Of a DNA stretch of 16,667 nucleotides, positions 8,601 to 16,026 are shown one piece after another. Origin of the DNA: Fidelibacterota bacterium (GTDB lineage: Bacteria; Fidelibacterota; Fidelibacteria; Fidelibacterales; DSDE01). Every line of letters starts with the position of its first letter. Position 1 is the stretch's first letter. The notes beneath the pieces were generated by a model that saw nothing but the letters and a program-made list of their open reading frames with translations, was not told the DNA's origin and ran no database searches. The DNA is taken from NCBI GenBank assembly GCA_046735395.1, contig JBJKQR010000044.1, forward strand, positions 1 to 16,667, given 5' to 3'. A program made the translations under genes and the position numbers.

Positions 8601-10022
8601 CACCGTGCTGTACGGCTGGACCAGATCTGCAGGATCGGTGTTCTGCAGAGACGGGTTTCCGGGTGACGAACAGACTGCCTGAAGAACGGTCGCCAGTGGA
8701 TTCCCGGGTATGGGGGCGGGCTGTCCTGCCGAATTTGCCGATAATTTCCGGTTATGATTTTTCTCCGGAACTGTCTGGAATTCGGCGAGCAGCTCCGGGC
8801 GGGATCTGATTTTTTCGGAAATCCGGTCTGCAGCCTGTTGAAATTCCGCCATGGCCCGGATGATCATTTCATCTTCGGAATAGGACCGGGCATGAGTTCT
8901 CTGCGACTGAAAATAATCGGAAACCATCATGGCCTTGATATCCCGGAGAGCCGTCAGTTTAGTAAAGGCATCCTGCTCCAGGACTTTTTTTACTTCAAAA
9001 TAGGTCGTGGCAATCACGAGAGCAACCGCCAGAATGGAGACGGATGTGAGCACGGCCCAGATCTTGGGCGCGATATTCAGATGCCGGACGGAAACATAGA
9101 CGGCCAGTCCGGCTGCTGTGATAATCATGAAAAGCAGGAGGGACGTCTGCAGGATATGTCCGATCGTATCGTCATCGGCGGACACGGCGGGAGGGCCTGA
9201 GTTCAGCCATTTGTTCCGGATTGTCCGCATCTCTTCCCGGGACAGCGCCTTCAGGGATTTTTCCAGAATGGAATGAAGAATCACATTGTCCCGTTTCACG
9301 GCCATTCTCAGCGCGGGGGCATTGAATTTACCCAGGCCGGGTTCGCTCAGCATTCTGATGCCCGGTATATAATTGGTCTCCAGAGTGTAGGAGACGGTGC
9401 CGACACTTTCGAAAAAAACATCAGCTGTTCCGAGAGACACGGCCTTCAGCCCATCCGTTACACCATCAACCTCCAGGAACTCCGCCGAGGGCAACTGCTG
9501 CCGGAGTGATGACGTGATTAAAAATCCGGGAATGACCGCAATCCGTCTGTCCTTTACATCGGACACGGACGTAATGCTGCTGTTTTGCCGTACGACCATG
9601 ATGGTCGGCTGATCCGAATAGGGAGCCGTCATGGACATGCTGCGGGCGCGTTCCGGGCTGTCATAAATGGCAGGCAGTACATCAATCTGTCCGGAATTCA
9701 GCATTTCCATCAGTTCCGGCCAGCTGTAGCCGTTATAAAATTCCGCCCGAATCCCGAGTTTTGCAGCCATCAGCCGGACCATGTCAATACTGAAGCCGGC
9801 CGGTTGTCCGCTCTGTACGAAATCAAAGGGCGGCCAATCGTTTTCGTTTCCCACACGCAGCACAGGGTGCGTGTCTATATACCGGATTTCTTCCGCTGAA
9901 AGGTCGCTGCGGATGTCATTTGACAGCAGGCTGCCGGCCAGAATAATCACAAGAAAGACAAGGGACAGCGGGCGATACATTGCTCTGTGATCTCCGAATA
10001 GACTGTGAATGAAGGACCCCAT
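5649..10022 (-). CDS. Membrane sensor: solute-binding (family 3-like) domain, TM-TM, Cache-like domain, TM, HAMP, PAS, PAS/PAC, PP2C/SpoIIE phosphatase, RsbW-like Ser kinase (HATPase)
   Basis: 1457 aa. SBP motif LRVGNENDWPPFDF..GFSIDM. HAMP motif TRPLKQLA..DEIGTLARQFDSM. PAS motif FVNPAFTQLTGYSREEAIG..WNGEIINKRRDGSFY. PP2C motifs EVGGDFYD, IADVSGKGVPAALFM, YTDGVTEA and DDIAIL. Kinase boxes EILSNVITHG, IRDDG and PGGLGIHIVK. The true start may be the ATG at 9980, which has GGAGA 10 nt upstream. Confidence 0.92.
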   Translation of the reverse strand: MGSFIHSLFGDHRAMYRPLSLVFLVIILAGSLLSNDIRSDLSAEEIRYIDTHPVLRVGNENDWPPFDFVQSGQPAGFSIDMVRLMAAKLGIRAEFYNGYSWPELMEMLNSGQIDVLPAIYDSPERARSMSMTAPYSDQPTIMVVRQNSSITSVSDVKDRRIAVIPGFLITSSLRQQLPSAEFLEVDGVTDGLKAVSLGTADVFFESVGTVSYTLETNYIPGIRMLSEPGLGKFNAPALRMAVKRDNVILHSILEKSLKALSREEMRTIRNKWLNSGPPAVSADDDTIGHILQTSLLLFMIITAAGLAVYVSVRHLNIAPKIWAVLTSVSILAVALVIATTYFEVKKVLEQDAFTKLTALRDIKAMMVSDYFQSQRTHARSYSEDEMIIRAMAEFQQAADRISEKIRSRPELLAEFQTVPEKNHNRKLSANSAGQPAPIPGNPLATVLQAVCSSPGNPSLQNTDPADLVQPYSTVLKRFDEPIRTYLSRFDINDLYLISNEGIVVYNADKGPDIGTDLRRGQWKESGLAQAYTKAEQEAADKVILTDFEAYTPNRNIPAAFVSTAIKNQDRRLGILVFRLGIEKINNVMTSYQDWYYRGLGSSGETYIVADNKTLRNESRFFLENPGAYLKTLASTGLPDSMIEQIRHSGTCINIQKIDTKGATAALSGQSGTDIFPDYRHIPVLSSYKPLDIQGLHWAILSEIDVQEAFSHITAIRNSLAGWILGLFVCISIFSLVFARTMTRPLKQLAGHALEVTRGNLNMRIDIPMKDEIGTLARQFDSMRQSLKNSISDLEHRVHERTGELEQQKQQLESERILLNTVLENINQGLLAYDSDMKLIIANSRFQKMGQIPDDLVQAGTSFEDLISYDIRRTANGDKEMEELLANQIDLYKSQQAHKFERLQPDGHIIEVEGSVMPGGGFVSTFTDITERKIAEMNLSRLATAIHQSANGIVITDLKGVILFVNPAFTQLTGYSREEAIGNSTNLLHSGKHDKKFYDSLWQTIQSGRVWNGEIINKRRDGSFYYEDMTISPVFSNEKEIINYVAVKQDITEQKKLEKELEQAKKRMETELNIGHDIQMNMVPKKFPPFPEKREFSIFAILDPAREVGGDFYDFFLIDDNTLCTIIADVSGKGVPAALFMAVTKTLIKSLAVSGKSTSEIISSVNRQLCENNDAQMFVTSIISILDLKSGRLSFTNTGHNPPYLMTGSSVEKLDMHHGLALGILDDAPYTENTVTLARGDFLLMYTDGVTEAQNKNGAFFGSDKLESFLESRNFITSVHMTNSLLMEVKKFEGYHEQTDDIAILSLRYLGPVSKKPLRRLDLVLDNTLDSIPSILENTGTTLSSWQIAANISSSLGTVIDEILSNVITHGFEKGQKSEIQFSIELYPTRIRLIIRDDGREFNPFADTMPPDVRESIDKRRPGGLGIHIVKNLMDTVEYRREAEKNIIILDRFETNHA

Positions 10023-10374
10023 TCCGCATTACATTCCATCTTAATAGCAAAACCTACAATCGTAGCAGCCTAGAATCAAGCGTAAACACGCATTATCAAT
10101 AGCTTGTGCCGCCGATTTTGATGTTATTTCCCCTTTCAGGAGCGGGTGAAGCGAATTTTTTCGCAGCAGTGGCGGCCGGCCGGTTATCGTGAAAAATGTG
10201 AACCGGAACAGAGGGACAGGATGGCTGAAGGAGGATAATTCTGATCAAATGCGGTTGCTTAATCCGCAGGGATAAAGATGATTAAATAAGATGCTTACGA
10301 ACAGAATGTGCGAAATAACGATTATAAAAAATTTTAATTTCCACATGAAAAATTTCGTATCTTCGCCACCATGA

Positions 10375-10392
10375 ATGACAGGAACATGACAG
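10375..10392 (-). promoter_or_regulatory. Pho-box-like direct repeat CTGTCAT-N4-CTGTCAT (candidate OmpR/PhoB-family binding site)
   Basis: The minus strand reads CTGTCATgttcCTGTCAT: two perfect heptamers at 11-bp period in the divergent intergenic region. The spacer is not AT-rich as in E. coli Pho boxes. Confidence 0.4.
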
Positions 10393-10436
10393 GGGGCAGA
10401 CCAAGGTGCCATGCGCACAGATAAGGACAGTACTGA

Positions 10437-11687
10437 TTGAAAACAAAGGTTAATGACCCGGCACAATCCGCCGTGGGCCTTTCCCTGAAGAAGTTAATTA
10501 CACCCATCCTCTCTTCCATCGACAGCTTTAATTATTTACTGAAATCCCATCATCGCCGAACCACCATAATTTGTTACCATCTCGGCAGAGAACTGAATTT
10601 GAATGAAAAAGATTTTTTCGATTTGATTCTGGCTGCATCTCTTCATGATATCGGCGCCGTTACGGTTCAGGAAAAATTACAGTTGTTTGAACAGGATCTT
10701 GTGGCGCCTAATATTCACTGTGCCCGGGGATTTTCACTTCTATCCGCCTTTCCCCCCTTTGTTGAAATCGCCCATATCATCCGGAATCACCATATTACTT
10801 ACAATGAATATCTGAAGAAGCCGGCGGCGGTTGCTTTTCAGAGTCATATACTCCATCTGGCGGACCGGGTGGAAATCACGACCCATAATTATGAGCATGA
10901 TCTTCAGAAACTGGCTCCCATGACGCTGAAAAAAATAAGCGAGGACAAGGCCCGCTTTCATCCGGATGTCCTGTCCGCATTGTCACACATTGTCCAGTTA
11001 CCTTCATTATGGGAGGATCTGGAGCATCTGACCTTTGATGATCTGTTTGAGCGAATTCCCTATTTTGACATTGTAAACCTTTCCATTGAAGACGTGGAGA
11101 CCCTGACTTTCATTTTATCGAAGATTATTGATTTACGCAGTCATTTTACGGCGAATCACTCCCTGACCGTCGCCTATCTGGCAGAACGGATCGGAAAATA
11201 TTTCGGAATTGATGAGATAAACAGGAAGAAACTGAAAATAGCAGGCTACCTCCATGATATCGGAAAAATTGCGATTGATCCGCGTCTCATTGAAAAAAAA
11301 GGCCCGCTGACCGCGGATGAATTCACGGTGGTCAGGAAGCACGTGGAATATACAAGTACCATTTTGAATCCGCTGCGGAACTATGAATTCTTCAGAAACA
11401 TTGTTTCATGGGCTGAAAATCATCATGAAAAGGCCGATGGGTCGGGATACTGGCAGGGCCTTCGGGATGATGAATTTGATATTGAGTCAAAAATCATCGC
11501 CTATTCCGACATCATTTCCGCCTTATCTGAGACACGGCCCTATCGAAAGAGTCTGCCTCTGGATGAGACCTTTGACGTGATCAACAGGGAAATCGCGTCG
11601 GATATATCCCGGGACATGTTCCAAGTCATTGATGGCCACAGGGAAGATTTGCGGATATTTATAGAAAGCACGCTGATAAATTTTTGA
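10437..11687 (+). CDS. Tandem HD-[HD-GYP] metal-dependent phosphohydrolase (putative cyclic dinucleotide phosphodiesterase)
   Basis: 416 aa, TTG start with AAGGA upstream. N-terminal HD domain: HHRRT, LHDIG, H..RG, NHH, ILHLADRVE. C-terminal HD-GYP domain: FTANHS, LHDIGK, KKGPLTADEF..VRKH, HHEKADGSGYW.GL, IIAYSDIISALSETRPYR. Confidence 0.9.
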   Translation: MKTKVNDPAQSAVGLSLKKLITPILSSIDSFNYLLKSHHRRTTIICYHLGRELNLNEKDFFDLILAASLHDIGAVTVQEKLQLFEQDLVAPNIHCARGFSLLSAFPPFVEIAHIIRNHHITYNEYLKKPAAVAFQSHILHLADRVEITTHNYEHDLQKLAPMTLKKISEDKARFHPDVLSALSHIVQLPSLWEDLEHLTFDDLFERIPYFDIVNLSIEDVETLTFILSKIIDLRSHFTANHSLTVAYLAERIGKYFGIDEINRKKLKIAGYLHDIGKIAIDPRLIEKKGPLTADEFTVVRKHVEYTSTILNPLRNYEFFRNIVSWAENHHEKADGSGYWQGLRDDEFDIESKIIAYSDIISALSETRPYRKSLPLDETFDVINREIASDISRDMFQVIDGHREDLRIFIESTLINF

Positions 11688-11688
11688 T

Positions 11689-11728
11689 CTGTCCCCTGCG
11701 GTCGCGTGGGACAGTACTGTTTTTATTT
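11689..11728 (+). terminator. Probable intrinsic terminator of the HD-GYP gene
   Basis: Stem CTGTCCC (11689-11695) / GGGACAG (11708-11714) immediately after the stop codon, with additional inner pairing. Followed by TACTGTTTTTATTT; the U-tract is offset by about 5 nt. Confidence 0.5.
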
Positions 11729-11940
11729 CCATATACGAAAAAAATGATAGTTTCGTATTCGCATTAACCTACGCGGTTCATATCCGTTGACTTTTTCGGT
11801 CTGCCGGTTTTCATTTTTGTACTGTTGAATCACGAGAGAAAATTTAACAATTATTCAAAACCCTTAGATTTTCTTAAGAATTGTATGATAACTTTAGCTA
11901 TGATACGAGTGAATACAAGGATATTTATAGATGAGGGGAT

Positions 11941-12903
11941 TTGCCGATGAAGGGTGAACTGAACGTGGGTAGACAGATTCGGATGATACCGAGTTCGGGG
12001 CGACTTATCAGCCTGGCATTGGCGGGGGCTGTATTTCTTGTCCTATCCTGCGGATCTCAGCCGTCCGGTGAACAGGCAAGCCGTCCGACAACGGTGAACG
12101 TTCAGGCCGGGCCGGTTATCCGGGGTGATATCAGCAAGACCATGACTTTTCAGGGGCTGACGGTCTGCACACGGCAAAATGAGGTTGCGGCGCCTTTTTC
12201 GGGATATATCGAGGCCATCGCCTGCCGCCGGGGTGATATGGTGAAAAAGGGAGACCTGCTGTTTGAGCTGGTCACGCCGGAGAATAAGGCGCTGATCGAC
12301 GGGAAAATGAACCATTATGTGCGCCCGGCAAAAATTCTGTCCCCCTCCGACGGGTTCATCAGCAGCCAGACACCGCAGACCGGTGGACTGTACGTCACCG
12401 ACGGGGAAATTCTCTGCACCGTGGATGATGCCCAGTCGCTCATCGTCCAGGCCGGCATTCCCTATGAATATCATAATCTGGCTGTAGAAAACACGGCCTG
12501 CCGCATCGGGCTTCCCGACGGATTGGTCATGAGCGGGCATATTACCCGGGTACTTCCCGTTGTTGATTCTGCAGATCAGACCCAGACCGTCTGGGTCCGG
12601 CCGTCGGATCCCGCTGCGCTGCCGGAAAACCTGAAGGTGAGCCTGGAATTCCGTCAGGCGCTTCACCGCAATGTCCTGCTCATTCCCCGGGCCGCTCTCC
12701 TCACCAATGAAACGGAAAATGAATTCTGGGTCATGACGGTCAGTCCGGACAGTCTGGCTCTGCGCGTACCGGTGCTGACGGGCCTGAGTAATGACAGCCT
12801 CGTGGAAATACTCGGAACGGTCCTGGCCGAAAATCAGGCAGTGATCACGGCCGGCGCCTACGGGCTGCCGGACAGCAGCCGTATTCATATCGGGCATCCA
12901 TGA
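11941..12903 (+). CDS. RND efflux periplasmic adaptor subunit (membrane fusion protein), lipoprotein
   Basis: Lipobox VLSC after a hydrophobic stretch. Lipoyl-like motifs VAAPFSGYIEAI...GDMVKKGDLLFEL and ILSPSDGFI, plus LLIPRAALL and V.TGLSNDSLVEI..VITAGAYGL. The likely start is the ATG at 11947 (GAGGGG 8 nt upstream). ATGA overlap with the permease gene. Confidence 0.88.
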   Translation: MPMKGELNVGRQIRMIPSSGRLISLALAGAVFLVLSCGSQPSGEQASRPTTVNVQAGPVIRGDISKTMTFQGLTVCTRQNEVAAPFSGYIEAIACRRGDMVKKGDLLFELVTPENKALIDGKMNHYVRPAKILSPSDGFISSQTPQTGGLYVTDGEILCTVDDAQSLIVQAGIPYEYHNLAVENTACRIGLPDGLVMSGHITRVLPVVDSADQTQTVWVRPSDPAALPENLKVSLEFRQALHRNVLLIPRAALLTNETENEFWVMTVSPDSLALRVPVLTGLSNDSLVEILGTVLAENQAVITAGAYGLPDSSRIHIGHP

Positions 12904-15900
12904 TGGAGAAACTCTTCAGACATTACCGGGGTCCGCTGACCTTTGTCATCCTGCTGATTTTCCTCGGCGGGATGCAGTCCTACCGGAATATGAAGACCAG
13001 CCTCTTTCCCAATATCACTTTTCCAAAAATAAAGATAATTGCCGATAACGGCGACCAGCCTGTGGAAAAAATGATGGTGACGGTGACCAAACCGCTGGAA
13101 AACGCCATCAAGCAGGTGGAAGGCCTGAAACTGATCCAAAGCCTTACCAGCACAGGCAGCTGTGAGATATCCGCGTTCATGAGCTGGAGTTCGGATATTG
13201 ATCTGGACAAGCAGCGGCTCGAATCACGCATCAATCAGGTGCGCAGCACGCTGCCGCCGGATGTGAGTATTACCATTGAAAAAATGAATCCCTCCATCCT
13301 GCCGGTGGTGGGCTATTCGCTGCAGTCCAGGAAGCTGGATAATATTGAACTGAGGCAGCTGGCGGAAAATATCATCCGTCCCTATCTGTCTCGCATTGAC
13401 GGCGTGTCTGCGGTGGATGTGATCGGCGGATCGGTGAAGGAATACCGGATTATTCCGGATCCGGCTAAGATGACGCGTCTGAATATCCAACCGGGTGATT
13501 TTGAGGCAGCCTTTCAGAAAACCGGGTTTATCCAGTCCGCCGGGCATATTGACGATTACCGGCGGCTATACCTGACGGTTACGGATGCGGCCGTATATCA
13601 CAGGGGGGATCTGGAGCAGCTGGTGCTGGCTGCGACGCCCGAACGGACCATCCGGGTTGCCGATGTGGCAAAGGTGGAGATTGCTGCCCGGAAGGAATAT
13701 ATCCGTATCCGTGCCGACGGCCGGAATGTTCCTCTCATCGCGGTGCTCAAACATCCGGATGCCAATCTGATCGACGTGATGAAGGGGATCAGCCAGAGCG
13801 TGAATGAATTGAATTCAGGTGTTCTGCCTGCCGATGTAAAACTGAAACCCTATTATAATCAGTCCGAATTTGTAAAGGAAAGTATCCGCAGTATCATTGA
13901 CGTGCTGTGGATAGGACTGCTGCTGGCCATTATCGTGACCATCCTCTTCCTCCGTTCCCTCCGCGCCAGCCTGGTCATATTGATTGTTATACCGCTGACG
14001 CTGGCCCTCACCTTCATCTGGATGACCTTCATCGGTTTTGACTTCAATATCATGACCATCGGGGCCATTGCCGCGGCCATCGGCCTGATCATTGACGATG
14101 CGGTGATCGTGGTGGAACAGATCCACCGGACCCACGAGGAACATCCTGACCGCAAACCAGTCGAGCTGGTGACGAAGGGCGTGAAATTTCTGCTGCCGGC
14201 CATGGTGGGGTCCTCTCTCAGTACTATAGTCATTCTCATTCCCTTTCAATGGATGAGCGGTGTGGCGGGGGCCTATTTCAAGATATTGACCCAGACGATG
14301 GCCATTACCCTGATCTCATCGTTTTTTATGGTCTGGATCGCGCTGCCTGTCATTTACCTGCTTCTCCCCGAAGGAAAAATTTCTGCCGCTCACGAGAATG
14401 CGGCTCAGTACGGCTGGATCGGATTTTTACTTCGCCGGGCCTGGATCAGCGGAATTCTGGTTATCCTGATGGCTGTCTCCGTCTATATCCTGGCGCCCCG
14501 GCTGCAGACCGGATTTCTGCCGGAAATGGATGAGGGCTCTATTGTCCTGGACTATAATTCACCGCCCGGAACATCCCTCGAGGAAACGGACCGTATGCTG
14601 ACCGAGGTGGATAAAATTATCGAATCCGTTCCGGAAGTGAGCGGCTACTCACGGAGAACCGGAACACAGATGGGTTTTTTCATTACCGAACCCAATTCCG
14701 GAGATTATCTGATCGAATTGTCTCGGAAGCGGAGCCGGAGTACGGAGGAAGTTGCCGATGATATCCGGTCACGGATCGAAGAGCAGGTTCGGGCACTGAC
14801 AGCCGATTTCGGGCAGGTGATCACCGATATGCTGGGGGACCTGATGAGCTCTGTACAGCCTATCGAGATAAAAATTTTCGGTGATGATCATACTCAGCTC
14901 GAAGCCCTGTCCCGGCAGGTCGCGGACAGTGTGGCGACAGTGGCAGGGACGGCGGATGTATTTGACGGCATCGTGGAGGCCGGGCCGAGTTTTCGCCTGC
15001 ACCCCAGATCTGCGGTGCTGGAGCAGTACGGGATGTCGGCCGAAGAACTGCATATGCAGGTGGAGATCGCCCTCGACGGCCGGGTTATCGGCAGTATTCC
15101 GGAAAAGGAACAGCTGACGGACATCCGGGTTCTCCGTGAATATCCGGTGTCTCCGTCTCTGGAAACCCTGCGCAATCTGAGCATAATCACGCCTAATGGA
15201 ACGCCCCTGCCGCTGCACATCTTTGCAGATATCGAGATTCAGAAGGGCGCGGCCGAAATCGATCGGGAAAACCTGCAGACCATGGGTGTGGTGACGGCGC
15301 GGCTGAATCAGCGCGATCTGGGATCGGTTATGAAGGATATCCGCAGCCGGCTGGCCGGTGTACAATTGCCGCCATCCTATCAGATCGTGTATGGCGGATC
15401 TTACGCCGAGCAGCAGAAGTCTTTCGGTGAACTGCTCAGAATCCTTTTTACAGGCGGCCTGATGGTCTTTGCCGTTGTGCTCTTCATGTTCCGAAATGTC
15501 CGGCTCGCCGCATCGGTGCTCTTCATCTCTGTGCTCGGACTGTCCGGAAGCATCATTGCCCTGTTTATCACGCATACGCCGCTGAATGTAGGCAGCTATA
15601 CCGGCATTATCATGATTATCGGAATTATCGGAGAAAATTCCATTTTTACCATTCAGCAGTTTATGACGGCCCTGGCGGACAGGCCGGCCGAAGAGGCCAT
15701 CCGCTTTTCCATCGCGACACGCCTGCGCCCCAAACTCATGACGGTGATCTCCGCCGTACTGGCGCTCAGCCCCCTGGCCGCCGGTATCGGTACAGGCGCC
15801 CAGATGCATCAGCCTCTGGCCATTGCCGTGATCGGAGGCCTCCTGGCGGCACTGCCCCTGTTGCTGATCATCCTGCCGCAGTTTCTCAAATTCATTTACA

Positions 15901-15908
15901 GAGACTGA
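12900..15908 (+). CDS. RND efflux transporter permease subunit (AcrB/CusA-CzcA superfamily, probably heavy-metal-efflux-like)
   Basis: 1002 aa with SLFPNITFP, VTKPLENAI, TM4 NIMTIGAIAAAIGLIIDDAVIVVEQI, FLPEMDEG, PPGTSLEET, RLRPKLMT and GAQMHQPLAIAVIGGL. Confidence 0.93.
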   Translation: MMEKLFRHYRGPLTFVILLIFLGGMQSYRNMKTSLFPNITFPKIKIIADNGDQPVEKMMVTVTKPLENAIKQVEGLKLIQSLTSTGSCEISAFMSWSSDIDLDKQRLESRINQVRSTLPPDVSITIEKMNPSILPVVGYSLQSRKLDNIELRQLAENIIRPYLSRIDGVSAVDVIGGSVKEYRIIPDPAKMTRLNIQPGDFEAAFQKTGFIQSAGHIDDYRRLYLTVTDAAVYHRGDLEQLVLAATPERTIRVADVAKVEIAARKEYIRIRADGRNVPLIAVLKHPDANLIDVMKGISQSVNELNSGVLPADVKLKPYYNQSEFVKESIRSIIDVLWIGLLLAIIVTILFLRSLRASLVILIVIPLTLALTFIWMTFIGFDFNIMTIGAIAAAIGLIIDDAVIVVEQIHRTHEEHPDRKPVELVTKGVKFLLPAMVGSSLSTIVILIPFQWMSGVAGAYFKILTQTMAITLISSFFMVWIALPVIYLLLPEGKISAAHENAAQYGWIGFLLRRAWISGILVILMAVSVYILAPRLQTGFLPEMDEGSIVLDYNSPPGTSLEETDRMLTEVDKIIESVPEVSGYSRRTGTQMGFFITEPNSGDYLIELSRKRSRSTEEVADDIRSRIEEQVRALTADFGQVITDMLGDLMSSVQPIEIKIFGDDHTQLEALSRQVADSVATVAGTADVFDGIVEAGPSFRLHPRSAVLEQYGMSAEELHMQVEIALDGRVIGSIPEKEQLTDIRVLREYPVSPSLETLRNLSIITPNGTPLPLHIFADIEIQKGAAEIDRENLQTMGVVTARLNQRDLGSVMKDIRSRLAGVQLPPSYQIVYGGSYAEQQKSFGELLRILFTGGLMVFAVVLFMFRNVRLAASVLFISVLGLSGSIIALFITHTPLNVGSYTGIIMIIGIIGENSIFTIQQFMTALADRPAEEAIRFSIATRLRPKLMTVISAVLALSPLAAGIGTGAQMHQPLAIAVIGGLLAALPLLLIILPQFLKFIYRD

Positions 15909-15923
15909 AATTATTTTATTTTT

Positions 15924-15945
15924 CATACGCGATGAATCGCGTCTG
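15924..15945. repeat. REP-like palindrome CATACGCGAT-GA-ATCGCGTCTG
   Basis: Inverted repeat ACGCGAT/ATCGCGT, extended with one mismatch. It shares the AGACG..CGTCT outer arm with the palindromes at 16216 and 16251. Confidence 0.55.
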
Positions 15946-15970
15946 AGCCGTCCGTCTTCGTTTCGCTTCG

Positions 15971-15998
15971 AGAGTATCGAGTAGCGAGTAACGAGTCG
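15971..15998. repeat. Short heptamer tandem repeat (CGAGTAN) x4
   Basis: agagtat-cgagtag-cgagtaa-cgagtcg. Confidence 0.6.
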
Positions 15999-16026
15999 CC
16001 CGTCTTCGTACTCCTTCGCCGCCCGT

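Noticed and set aside
10023..10436. c-di-GMP riboswitch in the divergent intergenic region
   Set aside because: I looked for the GEMM pattern (GCAAA-stem-GAAA..GACGCAAAGC) and found no convincing match. An Infernal/Rfam scan would be decisive.
12043..12897. 284-aa minus-strand ORF
   Set aside because: Antisense shadow of the RND adaptor gene, with no recognisable motifs.
14769..15926. 385-aa minus-strand ORF
   Set aside because: Antisense shadow of the RND permease, typical of codon bias in moderately GC-rich genes, with no motifs.
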